Notes under the pieces: generated by a model | Told to the model about the DNA's origin: nothing | The model's input: the letters and a program-made list of their open reading frames with translations, nothing else | Databases searched by the model: none | Shown here: piece by piece, positions 61,930 to 64,000 of the stretch | Layout: each line of letters opens with the position of its first letter | Numbering within the stretch: the stretch's first letter is position 1 | Source of the DNA: Nitrospirota bacterium | Lineage (GTDB): Bacteria; Nitrospirota; Nitrospiria; Nitrospirales; Nitrospiraceae | Length of the DNA stretch: 64,000 nt | Assembly (NCBI GenBank): GCA_963703955.1 | Contig: CAVPGK010000017.1 | Location: 192,001-256,000, forward strand | Reading direction: 5' to 3' | Translations under genes and position numbers: made by a program

Positions 61930-63387
61930 ATGCAGTTCTCATCGTACGATCCCGAAGAGTTTTACGACGAGATGTTTGAGCAGAAGGGACGGCCGCGCTC
62001 GGGGTGTGCGCTCTTACTGCGAAAGATGGCCGCGCTCTCAGACGGAGAGCTGAAACGGCGCCAGCAGGCGGCTGAGCGGGCGTTGCTAAATCTCGGCGTG
62101 ACGTTCGGTGTCTATGCCAATGAGACCGGACACGAGCACATCTTCCCTTGTGATATCGTCCCTCGGATCGTCGAGGCCTCCGATTGGGAGAGGATCGAAC
62201 GAGGGCTTCGCCAGCGGGTGATGGCGCTGAACTGCTTTATTGACGACGTCTATCATGACCAGAAGATCATCAAAGACGGAGTGGTTCCAGAGGAGATCGT
62301 CTCCTCCAGCAAGGGATTCCTCCGGTCGTGCGTGGGACTGAATCCGCCCAAGGGTATCTGGTGCCACATCGGCGGGATCGACCTGGTGCGGGTGAGCGAC
62401 GGCACGATTTACGTGCTCGAAGACAATCTGCGCTGCCCTTCCGGTGTCGCCTATGTCCTGGAAGCCCGGCAGGTGATGAAGCGCACCTTCCCGGAGCTGT
62501 TCGAGGCATCACGTGTCCGCCCGGTGGACGAATATCCGCGCCGTCTACTGGATACGCTCCAGCACATTGCCCTTCAGCCCGATCCCACGGTCGTGATCCT
62601 CACCCCCGGTATCTACAATTCGGCATATTGCGAGCACTCGCTTTTGGCACAGAAGATGGGGGTGGAACTGGTCGAAGGCGGCGACCTGGTTGTCGTGGAT
62701 GGATTCGTGCAGATGCGAACCACCAAGGGGTACAAACGGGTGGACGTCATCTATCGGCGGATCAATGACGACTATCTCGATCCATCGGTCTTCCGGTCGG
62801 ATTCCGTGCTGGGCGTTCCCGGCCTGATGGAGGTGTACCGGCAAGGTCGGGTTGCCTTGGCGAATGCGCCGGGAACCGGCGTGGCCGACGACAAGGCCAT
62901 CTATGCCTACGTGCCCAAGATTATCCACTACTACCTGGGGGAACAGCCGCTGCTCGCCAACGTTCCCACCTACATCTGCTCGGATGTGAAAGATCGGGCC
63001 TACGTGCTGGACAACTTGGAGCGGCTGGTAATCAAAGCGACCAATGAAGCCGGGGGCTACGGAATGCTGATCGGTCCTCATGCGAGCAAGCTGGAATGCG
63101 AGGATTTTGCGAATCGGATTCAGGCCGATCCGCGCAACTACATCGCTCAACCGACACTGGCGCTCTCGCGGGTTCCCTGCATCATCGATGATCACTTTGA
63201 GGGTCGGCATGTCGACCTCCGCCCGTACATCCTATACGGACAATCCATCTACGTGATGCCCGGCGGGCTGACCCGCGTCGCGTTGCGCAAGGGCTCCCTG
63301 GTGGTTAATTCCTCTCAGGGCGGGGGGAACAAAGACACCTGGGTCCTGTCCGGAGAGGCGTGTTCGCCCCAAGATGTCAGAACCTAA
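61930..63387 (+). CDS. Circularly permuted type 2 ATP-grasp protein
   Basis: [52 protein letters not shown]. Confidence 0.94.
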   Translation: MQFSSYDPEEFYDEMFEQKGRPRSGCALLLRKMAALSDGELKRRQQAAERALLNLGVTFGVYANETGHEHIFPCDIVPRIVEASDWERIERGLRQRVMALNCFIDDVYHDQKIIKDGVVPEEIVSSSKGFLRSCVGLNPPKGIWCHIGGIDLVRVSDGTIYVLEDNLRCPSGVAYVLEARQVMKRTFPELFEASRVRPVDEYPRRLLDTLQHIALQPDPTVVILTPGIYNSAYCEHSLLAQKMGVELVEGGDLVVVDGFVQMRTTKGYKRVDVIYRRINDDYLDPSVFRSDSVLGVPGLMEVYRQGRVALANAPGTGVADDKAIYAYVPKIIHYYLGEQPLLANVPTYICSDVKDRAYVLDNLERLVIKATNEAGGYGMLIGPHASKLECEDFANRIQADPRNYIAQPTLALSRVPCIIDDHFEGRHVDLRPYILYGQSIYVMPGGLTRVALRKGSLVVNSSQGGGNKDTWVLSGEACSPQDVRT

Positions 63388-63429
63388 CCTGTCTCGAATT
63401 CAGATCATAAGCGCAGACGAGCATTTCCC

Positions 63430-64000
63430 ATGTTAAGCCGAGTGGCCAGCGCCATCTACTGGATGAACCGCTACATTGAGCGGGCGGAAAACTACGCGCG
63501 CTTTATCGATGTCAATCTCAACCTCACGCTTGACCTCCCTGAAGGGACCGCCGAGCAGTGGGAACCGTTGGTGATCACCACCGGCGACCACATACAATTC
63601 AATGAGCGATTCGGAAAAGCCACGAAGGAGAAGGTGATTCGGTTTCTCGCCGCTGATACCAAGAACCCCAACTCCGTCCTTTCCTGCTTGACGGCCGCAC
63701 GCGAGAATGCCCGCTCGGTTCGTGAGATCATCTCATCCGAAATGTGGGAGCAGGTAAACCGATTCTATCTGATGGTCAAGGAGGCTGTGACGAGTGGGCG
63801 ATCCATGCATGACCCGTACGGGTTCTTTGCCGACGTAAAGCAGGCGAGCCACCTGCTTATCGGCATCACCGATGCGACCATGTCACACGGCGAGGGGTGG
63901 CACTTTGGACGGATGGGTCGTCTCTTGGAACGCGCTGACAAGACCTCGCGGATACTCGACGTCAAGTACTTCATCCTGCTGCCCAGCATTGCGGACGTCG
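63430..64000 (+). CDS. Alpha-E domain protein (runs off window)
   Basis: MLSRVASAIYWMNRYIERAEN, ARENARSVREIISSEMWE, LERADKTSR. Confidence 0.93.
   Translation, partial: MLSRVASAIYWMNRYIERAENYARFIDVNLNLTLDLPEGTAEQWEPLVITTGDHIQFNERFGKATKEKVIRFLAADTKNPNSVLSCLTAARENARSVREIISSEMWEQVNRFYLMVKEAVTSGRSMHDPYGFFADVKQASHLLIGITDATMSHGEGWHFGRMGRLLERADKTSRILDVKYFILLPSIADV

Overview
64 kb of a GC-rich bacterial chromosome. Gene content and repeat style suggest Nitrospira/Nitrospirota, which is an inference, not a database result. The left 25 kb is core genome: ruvB/ruvA/yebC; a sulfate-assimilation operon (Rrf2, sulfite reductase fused to HEPN and TusA domains, cysH, DsrE-like, YbiB-like, cysD, cysNC, Mrp, PCP_red protein); tRNA-Val-thrS-infC-rpmI-rplT; an archaeal-type pheST on the opposite strand; rpe-rsmB-fmt; and initiator tRNA-Met. 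After tRNA-fMet lies a more AT-rich accessory region (about 25.3-39.6 kb). It opens with a decayed 3.6 kb integrative element bounded by a degenerate copy of the tRNA 3' end, carrying a serine recombinase remnant, an AbiU2/HEPN-like gene and small Zn-binding proteins. It continues with tandem RRM genes, a lytic transglycosylase, Ku coupled to a MerR-HTH/TPR gene with no ligD nearby, and PEP-CTERM and outer-membrane proteins. The right part holds galE, ndh, AKR, corA, anmK, a Zn/Mn ABC transporter and rluD. It ends with a sigma-54-driven cluster of two stand-alone receivers, three DUF3365-type mono-haem c proteins, a Rossmann-domain kinase and a Cache/HAMP/PAS kinase, running into a circularly permuted ATP-grasp and alpha-E operon. 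That cluster is the best candidate for an undescribed system. MITE-like repeats are scattered through the window. Several single-base frameshifts in homopolymer runs point to uncorrected long-read errors.
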